This document shows, in pieces, positions 12,080-21,874 of a stretch of DNA of 64,000 nucleotides; positions within the stretch are counted from its first letter, which is position 1; the number at the start of each line of letters is the position of its first letter. The DNA lies in assembly GCA_963810965.1 (NCBI GenBank), contig CAWEPT010000005.1, positions 12,244 to 76,243 of the forward strand, given 5' to 3'. Both the position numbers and the translations under genes were made by a program. The notes under the pieces were generated by a model. The model was not told where the DNA came from. It saw only the letters and a list, made by a program, of their open reading frames with translations, and searched no databases. The stretch is from an uncultured delta proteobacterium. GTDB taxonomy: Bacteria > Desulfobacterota > Syntrophia > Syntrophales > UBA2192.

Positions 12080-13737
12080 ATGGGTCAGCTTTTCTCGCAG
12101 ATGTGGAAGGGGTTTGAGTCCCTTCCCGCGTCCCGTAAACTCACCATCCTCGCGGCGGCGGGCATCACGCTTCTGAGCATCGCCCTTGCCGTCGTCTTCA
12201 TCAACCAGCCCGATTACAAGGTTCTCTACACGAACCTCTCCACCGAGGATGCCGGTCAGATCACGGCGCGGCTCCAGGAGAAGAAGATCCCCTACCAGCT
12301 CTCGCCCACAGGGGACATGATCTCGGTGCCTTCCGAAAAGGTGTCGGAGCTGCGGCTGGAACTGGCCGCCTCGGGTCTCCCCAAGGGCGGCGGCGTCGGG
12401 TTCGAGATCTTCGACGCGAAGAACCTGGGTGTGACCGAGTTCGTCCAGCAGCTCAACTACCAGCGCGCCCTCCAGGGGGAGCTCACCCGGACGATCAACA
12501 GCCTCGACGAGATCCAGCAGACCCGCGTCCACCTCGCGATCCCGAAGAAGTCCCTCTTCTCGGAGGACCAGAAAAAGCCCACGGCCAGCGTCGTCGTCCG
12601 GCTCAAGAGCGGGCGAAACTTGAGCGATCCGCAGATCCACGGCATCGCGCACCTCGTGTCGAGCTCCATCGAGGGGATGAGCCCCCGTGACGTGATGATC
12701 GTCGACTCGAGCGGGAAGGTCCTCTCGAAGGTCACCGAGGGGGGCGAGATGGCCCAGCTGTCCAACTCGCAGATCGAGTACAAGAAAAACGTCGAGAAGG
12801 ATCTCACGAGCCGCATCACCTCCATGCTGGAGAAGGTCGTCGGCGAGGGGAAGGCCGTCGTGCGGATCTCCACCGACCTGGACTTCCGGGTCACGGAGAA
12901 AACGGAGGAGAAGTACGACTCCGAGGAGCCCGCCATCCGCAGCGTCCAGCGTTCGCAGGAAAAATCGGGCGCCACCTCGGGCGGGGCGGGCGAAAGCTCC
13001 GTCGCGACGACGGCCCGGCAGGCGGCGCGCCGCCGCGGCCCGCCGGGTCAAACCGCGAGAAGTCCGACGAGACGATCAACTACGAGATCAGCCGCACGGT
13101 CAACAAGACCGTCATGCCCGTGGGCGACGTGAAGAAGCTCTCCATCGCCGTGCTGGTCGACGGCAACTACGTGAAGAGCGACAAGGGGGTCGAGGAATAC
13201 CAGCCGCGGCCCGAGAAGGAGCTGACGGCCCTGGAAGACCTCGTCAAGAAGTCCGCCGGCTTCGATGCCAAGCGGGGTGACCAGGTCGTCGTATCCAACG
13301 TGCCCTTCAAGAAAGTCGACCTGGGAACGGAGCTGGCGGAAAAGTCCTGGCTGGACAAGTTCATGCCCTTCATGCCGCTTGTCCGGTATCTCGTGATGCT
13401 GGTTGTGATCGCCCTGGTGGCACTCTTCGTCGCGAAGCCGCTCGTCCGCATGCTCGCGGAGCGGGGGCGGGAGGTGGAGGTATCCGTCCGGGAAGTGCCC
13501 GCCGGCGCGGGCGCGCTCAAAGGCGGCGACGGGGTGACGCTCTCTCTCGGCGCTCCTCAGCAGTCCCGCGAACTGACGGAGGCCGACATCGTGCGGCACA
13601 TGGCATCGGCGGATTCCAAGCGCTTTGCCGAGCTCCTGAGGAATTGGATCAAGTACAAACAGGGTCTAGGGTACAGGGGACAGGGTACAGGGGAAGAAAA
13701 GAGAGAAACCAGGCTCCCCGATTTCTGTCACTCTTGA
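12080..13737 (+). pseudogene. fliF: flagellar M-ring protein FliF, frame-broken, with repeat-encoded C-terminal tail
   Basis: Fragments 12080..13132 and 13114..13737. The conserved KSDETINYEISRTVNKTVMPVGDVKKLSIAVLVDG is in the second frame. Junction at roughly 12990-13060. The last ~25 codons read through the heptamer array at 13661-13695. Confidence 0.85.
13661..13695 (+). repeat. tandem heptamer array AGGGTAC x5
   Basis: agggtct agggtac aggggac agggtac aggggaa. Confidence 0.85.
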
Positions 13738-13770
13738 CCTGAACCCTGAACCCTTAACCCTGAACCCTGG
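13738..13770 (+). repeat. tandem heptamer array GAACCCT x4 (inverted relative to 13661-13695)
   Basis: gaaccct gaaccct taaccct gaaccct. Lies between the fliF stop and the fliG start. Confidence 0.85.
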
Positions 13771-13777
13771 TTGTATT

Positions 13778-14776
13778 ATGAACAGTGAAGAAAAAGCAGC
13801 CATCCTGCTGCTCTCGCTCGACGAGGAACAGGCGGCGGAGGTCATGAAAAACCTCCGGTCCGCCGAGGTCCGCCGCATCAGCAAGTACATGAGCCGGATC
13901 ACGAGCATCTCGGCCAGCGATGTCCAGGAGGTGGCCAAGGAGTTTTGCGATCTCGCCAAGGAGAGGGGCGGGATCCTTTCCGTCAAGGAGGACGTGGCGA
14001 AGAACATCGTCCTGAGGGCCCTGGGGCCCGAGCAGGCGGGAAGCATCCTGACGGCCCTCGAGGGCGAGAAGGACAAATTCGGCGAGAACCCCATCTTCGA
14101 GAAGCTCCGGGACATCGATCCGCGGCTGCTGAAAGACTTCACGAAGATGGAGCACCCCCAGACCATCGCGCTCATCCTGGCCCACCTGCGGCCCGAACAG
14201 GCCGCCGAGATCATGGAATCCCTCGGTCCGGAGATGCAGATCGAGATCGTCCGGAGGATGGCGAGCCTCAAGAGCGTGCCCACGGATCTGATCGAGGACG
14301 TGGCCCAGACCCTCGAGAGCGAACTCATCGCCGGCGCGGCCAGCGAGAAGGAGATCGGCGGCGTGGCGCTCATGGCGGAAATTCTCAACCGCATGAACCG
14401 CACGAGCGAAAGCGCGATCATTTCCTCGCTCGACGGCTCGGACCCGGAGCTGGCCGCAGAGATCCGCGGCCTCATGTTCACCTTCGACGACATTCTGAAG
14501 CTCGACGACCGCAGCATCCAGGAACTCCTGCGGGAGGTGTCGAGCGAGGACCTCGCCAAGGCCCTCAAGGTCGTCGTCGCGGAGGGCCGCGAGAAGGTGT
14601 TCAAGAACATGTCCAAGCGCGGCGCCGACATGCTGAAGGAAGACATCGAAATGATGCCGCCCATCCGGCTCTCCGATGTGGAGAAGGCCCAGCGGGCCAT
14701 CCTGGATGTCTGCAAGCGGCTCGAGGCGGAAGGCCGGATACAACTGGCACGCGAGGAGGGCGATGCATTCGTCTAA
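13778..14776 (+). CDS. fliG: flagellar motor switch protein FliG
   Basis: MNSEEKAAILLLSLDEEQAAEVMKNL...MFTFDDILKLDDRSIQELLREV...EDIE. Confidence 0.95.
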   Translation: MNSEEKAAILLLSLDEEQAAEVMKNLRSAEVRRISKYMSRITSISASDVQEVAKEFCDLAKERGGILSVKEDVAKNIVLRALGPEQAGSILTALEGEKDKFGENPIFEKLRDIDPRLLKDFTKMEHPQTIALILAHLRPEQAAEIMESLGPEMQIEIVRRMASLKSVPTDLIEDVAQTLESELIAGAASEKEIGGVALMAEILNRMNRTSESAIISSLDGSDPELAAEIRGLMFTFDDILKLDDRSIQELLREVSSEDLAKALKVVVAEGREKVFKNMSKRGADMLKEDIEMMPPIRLSDVEKAQRAILDVCKRLEAEGRIQLAREEGDAFV

Positions 14777-15446
14777 TCGGGTCATCAAGTCCAAGAACGT
14801 CAAGGTCGTCGACGGCCCCGCAACGGAGAAGCCGCGCTTCATGCCGGCCGACTTCGGGTGCGAGAATCTTTCCCAGGGTCCTGCCCCGCGGCGCTCCCGG
14901 GTCGAGGAGATCCTCCTCGAGTCGGAAAAGAAGATCGGCGTCGCCGTGAAGCATGCCTATGAGCGGGGCCATGCCGAAGGGATTCGCAAGGGAATCGAGA
15001 AGAAGGAGAAGGAGCTGGCCGCCCTGGCGGAGGCCCTGAAGAAGCTGCTCCTCGAGGTGGAGAACATCCGCCGCAGCATCCTGGAGCGCGGCGAAGCGAG
15101 GGTGCTCAAGCTTGTGATTGCCGTGGCCCGGAAGGTGATCCGCCAGGAAGTGGCGACGGACCGCGATGTGATCCTCAGCGTGCTGCGCGAGGCCGTAAAA
15201 AACGTGCTGGACCGCGACCGGATCAAGATCCGCCTGAACCCGATCGACCATGAACGGATGTCGAAACTGACCCCGGCCCTCATCGCCGGTTTCGAAGGGA
15301 TCCGGTCGATTGCGCTCGAGGCCGACGAGGCCATCGGTCTCGGCGGCGCCGTCATCGAGACCGCCTTCGGCGAGATCGACGCCACCATCGAGCAGCAGCT
15401 CGAGGAGATCCTGAAGGCATTCAAGGAAGGCACGCAGAAAACCTGA
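14763..15446 (+). CDS. fliH: flagellar assembly protein FliH
   Basis: Track ORF 14676..15446; ATG 14763 overlaps the fliG end. Coiled-coil N-part, C-part GGAVIETAFGEIDATIEQQLEEI. Confidence 0.8.
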   Translation: MHSSNRVIKSKNVKVVDGPATEKPRFMPADFGCENLSQGPAPRRSRVEEILLESEKKIGVAVKHAYERGHAEGIRKGIEKKEKELAALAEALKKLLLEVENIRRSILERGEARVLKLVIAVARKVIRQEVATDRDVILSVLREAVKNVLDRDRIKIRLNPIDHERMSKLTPALIAGFEGIRSIALEADEAIGLGGAVIETAFGEIDATIEQQLEEILKAFKEGTQKT

Positions 15447-15460
15447 CGACCGGACGGCGT

Positions 15461-15497
15461 CAGTGATCGAGTGACGAGTGACCAGTGAATGATGAAA
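15461..15497 (+). repeat. tandem heptamer array (G/C)AGTGAC-type x5
   Basis: cagtgat cgagtgac gagtgac cagtgaa tgatgaa. Confidence 0.7.
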
Positions 15498-15557
15498 ATC
15501 CACCGACTGACCCACTCTGAGACGGGAGACACCGAGATATTGACTCAGCGATTCGCA

Positions 15558-15595
15558 CGGAATAGCCGGAATAGACCGGAGCAGACGGAGACAGA
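15558..15595 (+). repeat. tandem nonamer array CGGAATAGA x4 running into the fliI ribosome-binding site
   Basis: cggaatagc cggaataga ccggagcaga cggagacaga, then cccgc-ATG. Confidence 0.8.
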
Positions 15596-15600
15596 CCCGC

Positions 15601-16962
15601 ATGACCCTGGATTTCAACCGCTACCAACGGATTCTCGACCAGATCAACCCGATCAAGGTGAACGGGACGGTGAGCGAGATCATCGGCCTCATGGTCGAGG
15701 GTCACGGACCGGCGAGCTCCGTGGGCGAGATGTGCAACATCTTCGCCAATGGCGGGGCCTGCGAAAAGCTCCGGGCCGAGGTGGTGGGGTTCCGCAAGGG
15801 GAAGGTCCTCCTGATGCCGCTGGACAATCTCCAGGGCGTGGGGCCGGGCTGCAAGATCGTCTCCCTCGGGAGGAAAGCCTCGATTGCCGTGGGGAAAAAA
15901 CTCCTCGGCCGGGTCATCGACGGCCTCGGAAACCCGATCGACGGCAAGGGACCCATCGATCTCGAGGATGAATACCCGCTCTATGCCGAGCCGATCAACC
16001 CCCTGCAGAGAGGCCGGATCAATGAGCCCATGGATCTCGGCATCCGCGTCCTCAACGGACTGCTGTCCTGCGGAAAGGGCCAGAAGATGGGCATCTTCTC
16101 CGGCTCCGGCGTGGGGAAAAGCATCCTCATGGGCATGATCGCCCGCTACACGAAGGCCGATGTGAACGTCATCGGGCTCATCGGCGAGCGCGGGCGCGAG
16201 GTCCGCGAGTTCGTCGAAAAAAACCTGGGCCCCGAGGGCCTGAGGCGCTCCGTCGTGATCGTGGCCACATCGGATAGGCACCCGCTGATCCGGATGCGGG
16301 CCGCCTACGCGGCGACCTCCGTGGCCGAGTATTTCCGGGATCAGGGCAGCGACGTCCTGCTCATGGTGGATTCGCTGACCCGCTTTGCCATGGCCCAGCG
16401 GGAGGTCGGTCTGTCCGTGGGCGAGCCGCCGGCCACAAAAGGCTATACCCCCTCCGTCTTCAGCCTCCTGCCGAAGCTGCTGGAGCGAACGGGACCCGTT
16501 GAGGGCAAGGGCAGCATCACGGGGCTCTACACCGTGCTGGTCGAGGGCGACGACTTCAACGAGCCGATCGCCGATGCGGCGCGCTCCATTCTCGACGGGC
16601 ACATTGCGCTGTCGCGCGCGATCGCCGCGAAGAACCACTATCCGGCCGTCGATGTTCTCGAGAGCGTGAGCCGCGTCATGATCGACATCGTCAACGGCGA
16701 GCAGCGCAAGCGCGCCAATGATCTGCTGAACATCATCGCCACCTACCGGAAAGCCGAGGATCTCATCAACATCGGCGCCTATGTGGCGGGAAGCAACCCC
16801 GAAATCGATCACGCCCTCAAGATGATCGACCGGGTCAACGCCTATCTGAGGCAGGACATGAACGAGAAGGTGAGCTTTGAAGAGAGTCGCACGCAATTGC
16901 TATGCTCTTTTCAACTGATTGAGGCAAGAACATGTTCCGATTCCGCTTTGAACAGATCCTGA
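15601..16962 (+). CDS. fliI: flagellum-specific ATPase FliI
   Basis: Walker A GSGVGKS, F1/T3SS ATPase fold motifs (LLMVDSLTRFAMAQREV). Confidence 0.95.
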   Translation: MTLDFNRYQRILDQINPIKVNGTVSEIIGLMVEGHGPASSVGEMCNIFANGGACEKLRAEVVGFRKGKVLLMPLDNLQGVGPGCKIVSLGRKASIAVGKKLLGRVIDGLGNPIDGKGPIDLEDEYPLYAEPINPLQRGRINEPMDLGIRVLNGLLSCGKGQKMGIFSGSGVGKSILMGMIARYTKADVNVIGLIGERGREVREFVEKNLGPEGLRRSVVIVATSDRHPLIRMRAAYAATSVAEYFRDQGSDVLLMVDSLTRFAMAQREVGLSVGEPPATKGYTPSVFSLLPKLLERTGPVEGKGSITGLYTVLVEGDDFNEPIADAARSILDGHIALSRAIAAKNHYPAVDVLESVSRVMIDIVNGEQRKRANDLLNIIATYRKAEDLINIGAYVAGSNPEIDHALKMIDRVNAYLRQDMNEKVSFEESRTQLLCSFQLIEARTCSDSALNRS

Positions 16963-17396
16963 ATGTCCGGAAGCTTGCGGAAGAGCAGGTCATGCAGGAA
17001 TTTTCCGAACAGGTGCGGGGGCTCGAGCGGGAGAAGGAACACCTCCGGTCGATCCGCGGCGAGAAGGCGGGCGTGCTGGCGGAATTGATGCGCCGGCAGG
17101 CCGGCAACCTCAATGCCGCCGAGATCGGCCTCACGTTCGGCTATATCAAGAGCCTCCGGGAGCGTGAGGTGGCCCAGGTGGTCCTGGTCTCGGACGGGGA
17201 AAAGGCCCTCGAGGCGAAGCGGGAGGAACTCCTGGAGGCCATGAAGAGGCGCAAGATCATGGAGATCCTCAGACAGAAGAAGCTCGATCAATACTGGAAA
17301 GAGTGGAACCACAGGGAGTCCGTGGAACTGAACGAACAGGGAATTATCCGGTTTCTGAAGAGGTCCGGCGATGAGAAGACTGATCTTAATCTGTGA
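16932..17396 (+). CDS. fliJ: flagellar export chaperone FliJ
   Basis: MFRFRFEQILNVRKLAEEQ..., coiled coil, position after fliI. Confidence 0.8.
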   Translation: MFRFRFEQILNVRKLAEEQVMQEFSEQVRGLEREKEHLRSIRGEKAGVLAELMRRQAGNLNAAEIGLTFGYIKSLREREVAQVVLVSDGEKALEAKREELLEAMKRRKIMEILRQKKLDQYWKEWNHRESVELNEQGIIRFLKRSGDEKTDLNL

Positions 17397-17976
17397 AATC
17401 CTGGTTGTCCTGCTGATCGTCATCAAGATCGCGGCGGCAGGCGGAGTCCTGCAGAAGATGATGCCCGATGCCTCCGTCTTCGATCCCAGCCACGCCATCG
17501 CGAACGTGTCCCAGAAGGCCCCCGAGGCGGCGCCTGCGCGCGAGGCGGGCGATGATGCCCTGGCGAAGGAGCGCAAGCTGCTCGCCTCGCTTGCCGAAAA
17601 GGAGAAGCAGCTCGAGAGCCGCGAGAGCGCGATCAAGGAGGAGGAGAAGAAGCTTCAGGTCCTCAAAGGCGAGATCGTCACCAAGATCGACACGCTCAAG
17701 GGTCTCGAGGACAAACTCTCGGGCATGCTCGACACCGTGAAATCAGCCGAGGACAAGCGGCTCAGGGATCTTGCCACCGTCTTCGAGGCCACGGCACCCG
17801 CCCAGGCAGGCCCCATGCTGGAGAAGATGGACAAGAAGCTTGCCGCAGGGATCATCATGAACATGAAGAGCAAGAAGGCGGGAGCGATCTGGGGCCACAT
17901 CGGCGCGCAGCGGGCCGCGGAGATCGCCAAGGAGATCACCGCCACGCCGGGCGGCAAGTCGGAGCCTGCAAACTAG
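17371..17976 (+). CDS. YlxF/MotE-like flagellar protein (MgtE-N-type domain)
   Basis: N-terminal TM helix, coiled coil, C-terminal FEATAPAQAGPMLEKMDKKLAAGIIMNMKSKKAGAIW. Occupies the fliJ-ylxF-fliK synteny position. Confidence 0.6.
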   Translation: MRRLILICEILVVLLIVIKIAAAGGVLQKMMPDASVFDPSHAIANVSQKAPEAAPAREAGDDALAKERKLLASLAEKEKQLESRESAIKEEEKKLQVLKGEIVTKIDTLKGLEDKLSGMLDTVKSAEDKRLRDLATVFEATAPAQAGPMLEKMDKKLAAGIIMNMKSKKAGAIWGHIGAQRAAEIAKEITATPGGKSEPAN

Positions 17977-17985
17977 CCTTCAAAA

Positions 17986-18018
17986 GGGCTTCGGGAATCC
18001 GGCATCGGGCTTCCGGAT
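17986..18018 (+). repeat. degenerate short tandem repeat GGGCTTC-type
   Basis: gggcttc gggaatcc ggcatc gggcttcc ggataa. Confidence 0.4.
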
Positions 18019-18069
18019 AAAGAAGAAAAACATTTGCATGGGGGACGGTCAGTCCATCGGACGATCGAT

Positions 18070-18122
18070 CCCCTTCTTTTCCGTCTTACCTGTCCCCTTC
18101 CTCTATCTCCGTTTATCCCCAC
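18070..18122 (-). repeat. degenerate purine-rich heptamer array in - strand sense
   Basis: + strand tcccctt cttttcc gtcttac ctgtccc cttcctc tatctcc gtttatc, about 40 nt downstream of the stop of the - strand TPR gene. Confidence 0.45.
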
Positions 18123-18162
18123 TCGAACTGCGGCGACTAGTGACTCTTATACCCGAGGCAGC

Positions 18163-19320
18163 TTAAAAGACGCCGGAGAAGCCGGTCCACTGATCCTTTT
18201 TGGGATCCATTTTCTGTTCGAAGCGGTCCGTTCCCCGGAAGCTGAACTCGATGTGGCCGGGGTCGATGGTGCCGTCGGCCGTCGAGTTCTGGTAGATTTT
18301 GAAGAAGACCGTGGCGGTCAGGTTTTTGGAATCGTAGGAGACGTAATCCGGGAGGCGCTGGATCGTAGTCTCCGTGGACGGGATTGCGCGGCCGTAGTTG
18401 TACTGACTCGCTCCGAATCCGCCGGCCCTGCTGATCGACCAGTTGGTCGTTTCTTCCACGGATTCCCTGTCCATCTCCTTGTCGAACTGGAACTTCACGA
18501 AGAACAGCTTGGAGGCGCCTGCGGTGGAAAGCTCGCTGTCGAGGTCCGATACCGCCGTGCCGGCGGGCAGATAGTGCGGGAACGTGCTGTCCGCATAGGC
18601 CATGACGATCTTCGGGGGGTCGGCCTTGTAGATATATCGGCTCAGGAGATCGGCCAGTTCGGGCGCTTTTTTTTCGAGGAATTCGGAAATATCCTGGGCA
18701 GTGTCGATTTCCCCCATGTCCGCATAAGCGTACCCCATCTCGGCATAGGCATCGTAGAAATCCCATTTCTTGTCCATGGCGGCCTTGAACTCCTTGATCG
18801 CGAGTTCGTATCGCCCCTGCCCGGCATAGGTCTGGCCGAGGCCCAGGTGCGGCGCGGGATCGTCGGGAGACATCCGGAGAACCTGCATGAACTGCTCTTC
18901 CGCCTTGCCGTATTCGCCCGTCTGCAGATAGGCCTGACCGAGGGCGTAGCGGTTGCCCTCGGACGGGTTGAGCTCAACGGCCTTTTCGTACTCCGTCACG
19001 GCCTCTTCGTAGCGATCCTGCGAGAAAAGAAACTGGGCGAGGTTGGCGTGGGCGGTGTCCAGGGTGCTGTTCTGCCCGATGAAGGTCTTGAGGCTCTCGA
19101 TGGCGCTCTCCGAGTCCCCCATCGCGAGATAGGAGTTCGACATGTACTGTGCCGCATCCACGGCGTTTGTCGCAGTGGGGTCCAGCGAGATGGACATCCT
19201 GAATGCCGAGACGGCGGCGCTGTACTCTTTTTTCTTGTACAGGTCGAGCCCCCTCTCGAGGGATTTCCCCGCGTAGTATTCGAGCGACCCGGAATTGCCT
19301 GCATGGAGGAAAAAAGCGCG
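18163..19320 (-). CDS. TPR-repeat protein with C-terminal Ig-like domain (start unresolved)
   Basis: Track ORF 18163..19197. The frame stays open to 19320 and encodes TPR-like YYAGKSLERGLDLYKKKEYSAAVSAF without any ATG/GTG/TTG, so the start is missing or frame-shifted. Confidence 0.7.
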   Translation of the reverse strand, partial: RAFFLHAGNSGSLEYYAGKSLERGLDLYKKKEYSAAVSAFRMSISLDPTATNAVDAAQYMSNSYLAMGDSESAIESLKTFIGQNSTLDTAHANLAQFLFSQDRYEEAVTEYEKAVELNPSEGNRYALGQAYLQTGEYGKAEEQFMQVLRMSPDDPAPHLGLGQTYAGQGRYELAIKEFKAAMDKKWDFYDAYAEMGYAYADMGEIDTAQDISEFLEKKAPELADLLSRYIYKADPPKIVMAYADSTFPHYLPAGTAVSDLDSELSTAGASKLFFVKFQFDKEMDRESVEETTNWSISRAGGFGASQYNYGRAIPSTETTIQRLPDYVSYDSKNLTATVFFKIYQNSTADGTIDPGHIEFSFRGTDRFEQKMDPKKDQWTGFSGVF

Positions 19321-19660
19321 TCAGCACTGGCCCCGCTGATTGAAGTCATACCTGTCTCGTCCCGCCTGTAAGGTTTTCCTGATGAGTATTTCGGCAGGAG
19401 CGAGGCTTTCCTTGAGGGCTGCGGCGATGCCATGGGGCGCGGTATTGTCGGCGGGCCTTGTCAGGCCGGGGCACCCTTCTCTCGAGAGGCGCGGGAAAAG
19501 TGAAAATTTGCCCGGTCCTCTCCGGTCGTACAGGAAATAATTGCCCGAACCCCCCGCTTTCCCTCTCCCAATCCCCATCGCCGTCATGGCCGAAAGCCTG
19601 CAGACCGGGCAGTGCATCATCGAAATTACTCAATGATATCGAAATTAAAGTGTTCTTCCT

Positions 19661-19695
19661 CCCCTGGTACCCTATCCCTGGTCCCTGGTCCCTGC
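19661..19695 (+). repeat. tandem heptamer array TCCCTGG x5 abutting a sigma54 promoter
   Basis: cccctgg tacccta tccctgg tccctgg tccctgc. Ends 5 nt before TGGCAC. Confidence 0.85.
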
Positions 19696-19700
19696 TTCCA

Positions 19701-19716
19701 TGGCACAGGCGTTGCT
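19701..19716 (+). promoter_or_regulatory. sigma54 promoter of fliK-flgDE
   Basis: TGGCAC-aggcg-TTGCT. Confidence 0.8.
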
Positions 19717-19751
19717 CAATGCCTTCGTCACAACCCTTTTGAGGAGTGAAC

Positions 19752-21117
19752 ATGGATTCTCCAGGCGTGCAGATCAAACTGGACCCCGTTGCCCCGCCGG
19801 AAGCGCCGAAGAGCCGGGACGTGGCCCCCGGAAAAAAGCGCGACGACGCAGGGCGAAACGAAAGACGCCGCCGCTGCGGCAGCGGCCCTTACCGTATCCT
19901 TTGCCGATATCCTCCGGTCCAAGAGGCAGGATATCAAGACCGGCGCAGAGGAGCGGGAAAAGACAGACCCTCTCCTGAAAACGAAAGCGGCCGGTCAGAA
20001 GGAAGGCGAGGAAGCGCTCCTGCAGGCAAACGGGCAGCTCGCTGCCGGCAGGAAGCGACTCAGGCAGCCTGCCATCGAAGTGCAGGCCAAGGAGACCCTG
20101 GATCACGCAAAGGAACTGGCCGGTGCGGCCATGAAGGCAGCCGCGGGAAAAGGGCTCAGCGGGGACAGCCAGGATGCCGGGCAGTCGGCCGAACTGACGA
20201 AAAAGGGAGCCCTGAGCCCTGCCGAGGAGGACCTGCTGAAGGAGATGATCCAGAAGAACGGCAATCTGGCCGCGCAGAAAAAGGCGGCCCAGATGACGGG
20301 GTTCGTCAACGGCGAGCCTCTGACCCGCCGCGAAGGGATCGGCGCCATCAAGTCGATGACGGCAAAGGAAGGGGAGGTGCTCAAGAATCTCTCGGGCGGC
20401 GAGGAGGCCCAGGCGCCGCAGAAGCTCAAGACCGGCAAATCGGCCAGGACGCAACAGGCCTTTGTGATGCGCGACACTCCCGACGGCGGGGAGAAGGCGG
20501 CCCCGGCCGTTTCGTCGGCGGATGCGATGAAGCAGGAATTTGCCGGCCTGGCCGAGGGCCAGCAGGACAAGCTGGCTGCAGCGGGTTCGCTGAAAAAACA
20601 GGGGGCAACGGGCGGTACAAATCCCGAGATGCGCGACGTGTCCGCCGGCGCCGGAACGTTTTCCGTTCTTCCGGGCAGGGGAATAGACAACGCTGCGGCT
20701 GCGAGGCCGCAGGCCGTGATGAGCCAGGTCCTCGACGGGGCAGCCCAGATCCTTCGGGAAGGCTCCGGCAGGGTGACCATGACCCTGCAGCCTCCCCGGC
20801 TCGGCACGCTGGATCTCGATGTCGTCGTGCAGGACAACCGGGTGACGATGGTCATGCTGGCCGACAACCAGGAGGTCAAGCAGATGCTCCAGGCCGGCAT
20901 GGACGATCTCCGCAACGCCCTGCAGGACAAGGGGTTCCAGATCGACCGCCTGGAGGTCCTCGTCCAGAACCGGCCCGATGATGCCGGCTCGAACTTCTGG
21001 CAGGAGGCGGGGTTTGGCCGCGAGGATTCTGCCGGGAGAGAAGAACGAAAACGCGAACAGGAATCGGGTGCATGCCGCCCAGGGACCACCGGTGCGGCCT
21101 GTCCGAACAGGGGATAG
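19752..21117 (+). CDS. fliK: flagellar hook-length control protein FliK (probable frame break near the 5' end)
   Basis: C-terminal Flg_hook-type region VTMTLQPPRLGTLDLDVVVQDNRVTMVMLADNQEVKQML. ATG 19752 follows GAGGAG but is in a different frame from track ORF 19789..21117. Junction probably at the C5/A6 runs at 19825-19837. Confidence 0.7.
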
Positions 21118-21168
21118 CGGAATCAGCGTCTTTGCGTGACGGCAAGACAAACCGGGAGGAGATCCACC

Positions 21169-21834
21169 ATGAGTGACACGAGCACGATACAGTCGGCGGC
21201 AGGCGCGGCGACGACGACCACCACGACGGCCAGCACCAAAAATGTCATCGGCAAGGACGAGTTCCTGAAGATGCTCATCGCCCAGCTCAAGCACCAGGAC
21301 CCGATGAACCCCATGGACGGCACGGCCTTCACGGCGCAGCTGGCCCAGTTCTCCAGCCTGGAGCAGCTCCAGAACATCAATACCCAGCTGACCTCCTTCA
21401 CCAGGCAGCAGCAGTCGCTGGGCAACACGCAGGCCGTGAACCTCATCGGCAGGGAAGTCCTGGCAAAGGGCGACACGATCCAGGCCGAGGGAACGCCCGT
21501 CGACGCTGAGCTACCAGCTCAAGGGCGATGCCGCCACGGGCCTCGTCCGCATCTACAACGCCGACGGCGAGCTGGTCGATGCCCTTGTCTTCAAGAACCA
21601 GAAGCAGGGCATGAACACCCTGACGTGGAACTCCCCCGAGCTCCACCGTGGGCCGCTGCACCTTCGAGGTGAGCGCCGCTCGACAGCGCCGGCAAGTCCG
21701 TCGGCGTCGACGCCATGATCCAGGGCGAGGTGACGGGCGTGAACTTCCGCGACGGCGTGACCTACCTCAGCGTGGGCAGCCGGGAGATCGCCTTCAGCGA
21801 CGTCGTCTCCGTGAAAAAAACGAGCACGAATTAA
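21169..21834 (+). pseudogene. flgD: flagellar hook assembly protein FlgD, at least 3 frame breaks
   Basis: ATG 21169 after GGGAGGA. KDEFLKMLIAQLKHQDPMNPMD. Frames shift 1>2 (~21500), 2>0 (~21640) and 0>1 (~21680). The C-terminal GVNFRDGVTYLSVGSREIAFSDVVSVKK ends at TAA 21832-21834. Confidence 0.85.
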
Positions 21835-21874
21835 CACCGGGAACAAGACCGGGCAAACCAGGAGGATATGTGAG

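Noticed and set aside
13754-14842. 362-aa ORF antisense to fliG, and similar overlapping ORFs across fliH, fliI and flhA.
   Set aside because: These are alternative-frame artefacts. The sense-strand products carry complete FliG, FliH, FliI and FlhA signatures.
19321-19323. In-frame TGA upstream of the TPR gene as a selenocysteine codon.
   Set aside because: There is no SECIS-like hairpin immediately downstream, and the upstream in-frame peptide does not look like a real N-terminus. A frame break or miscall is more likely.
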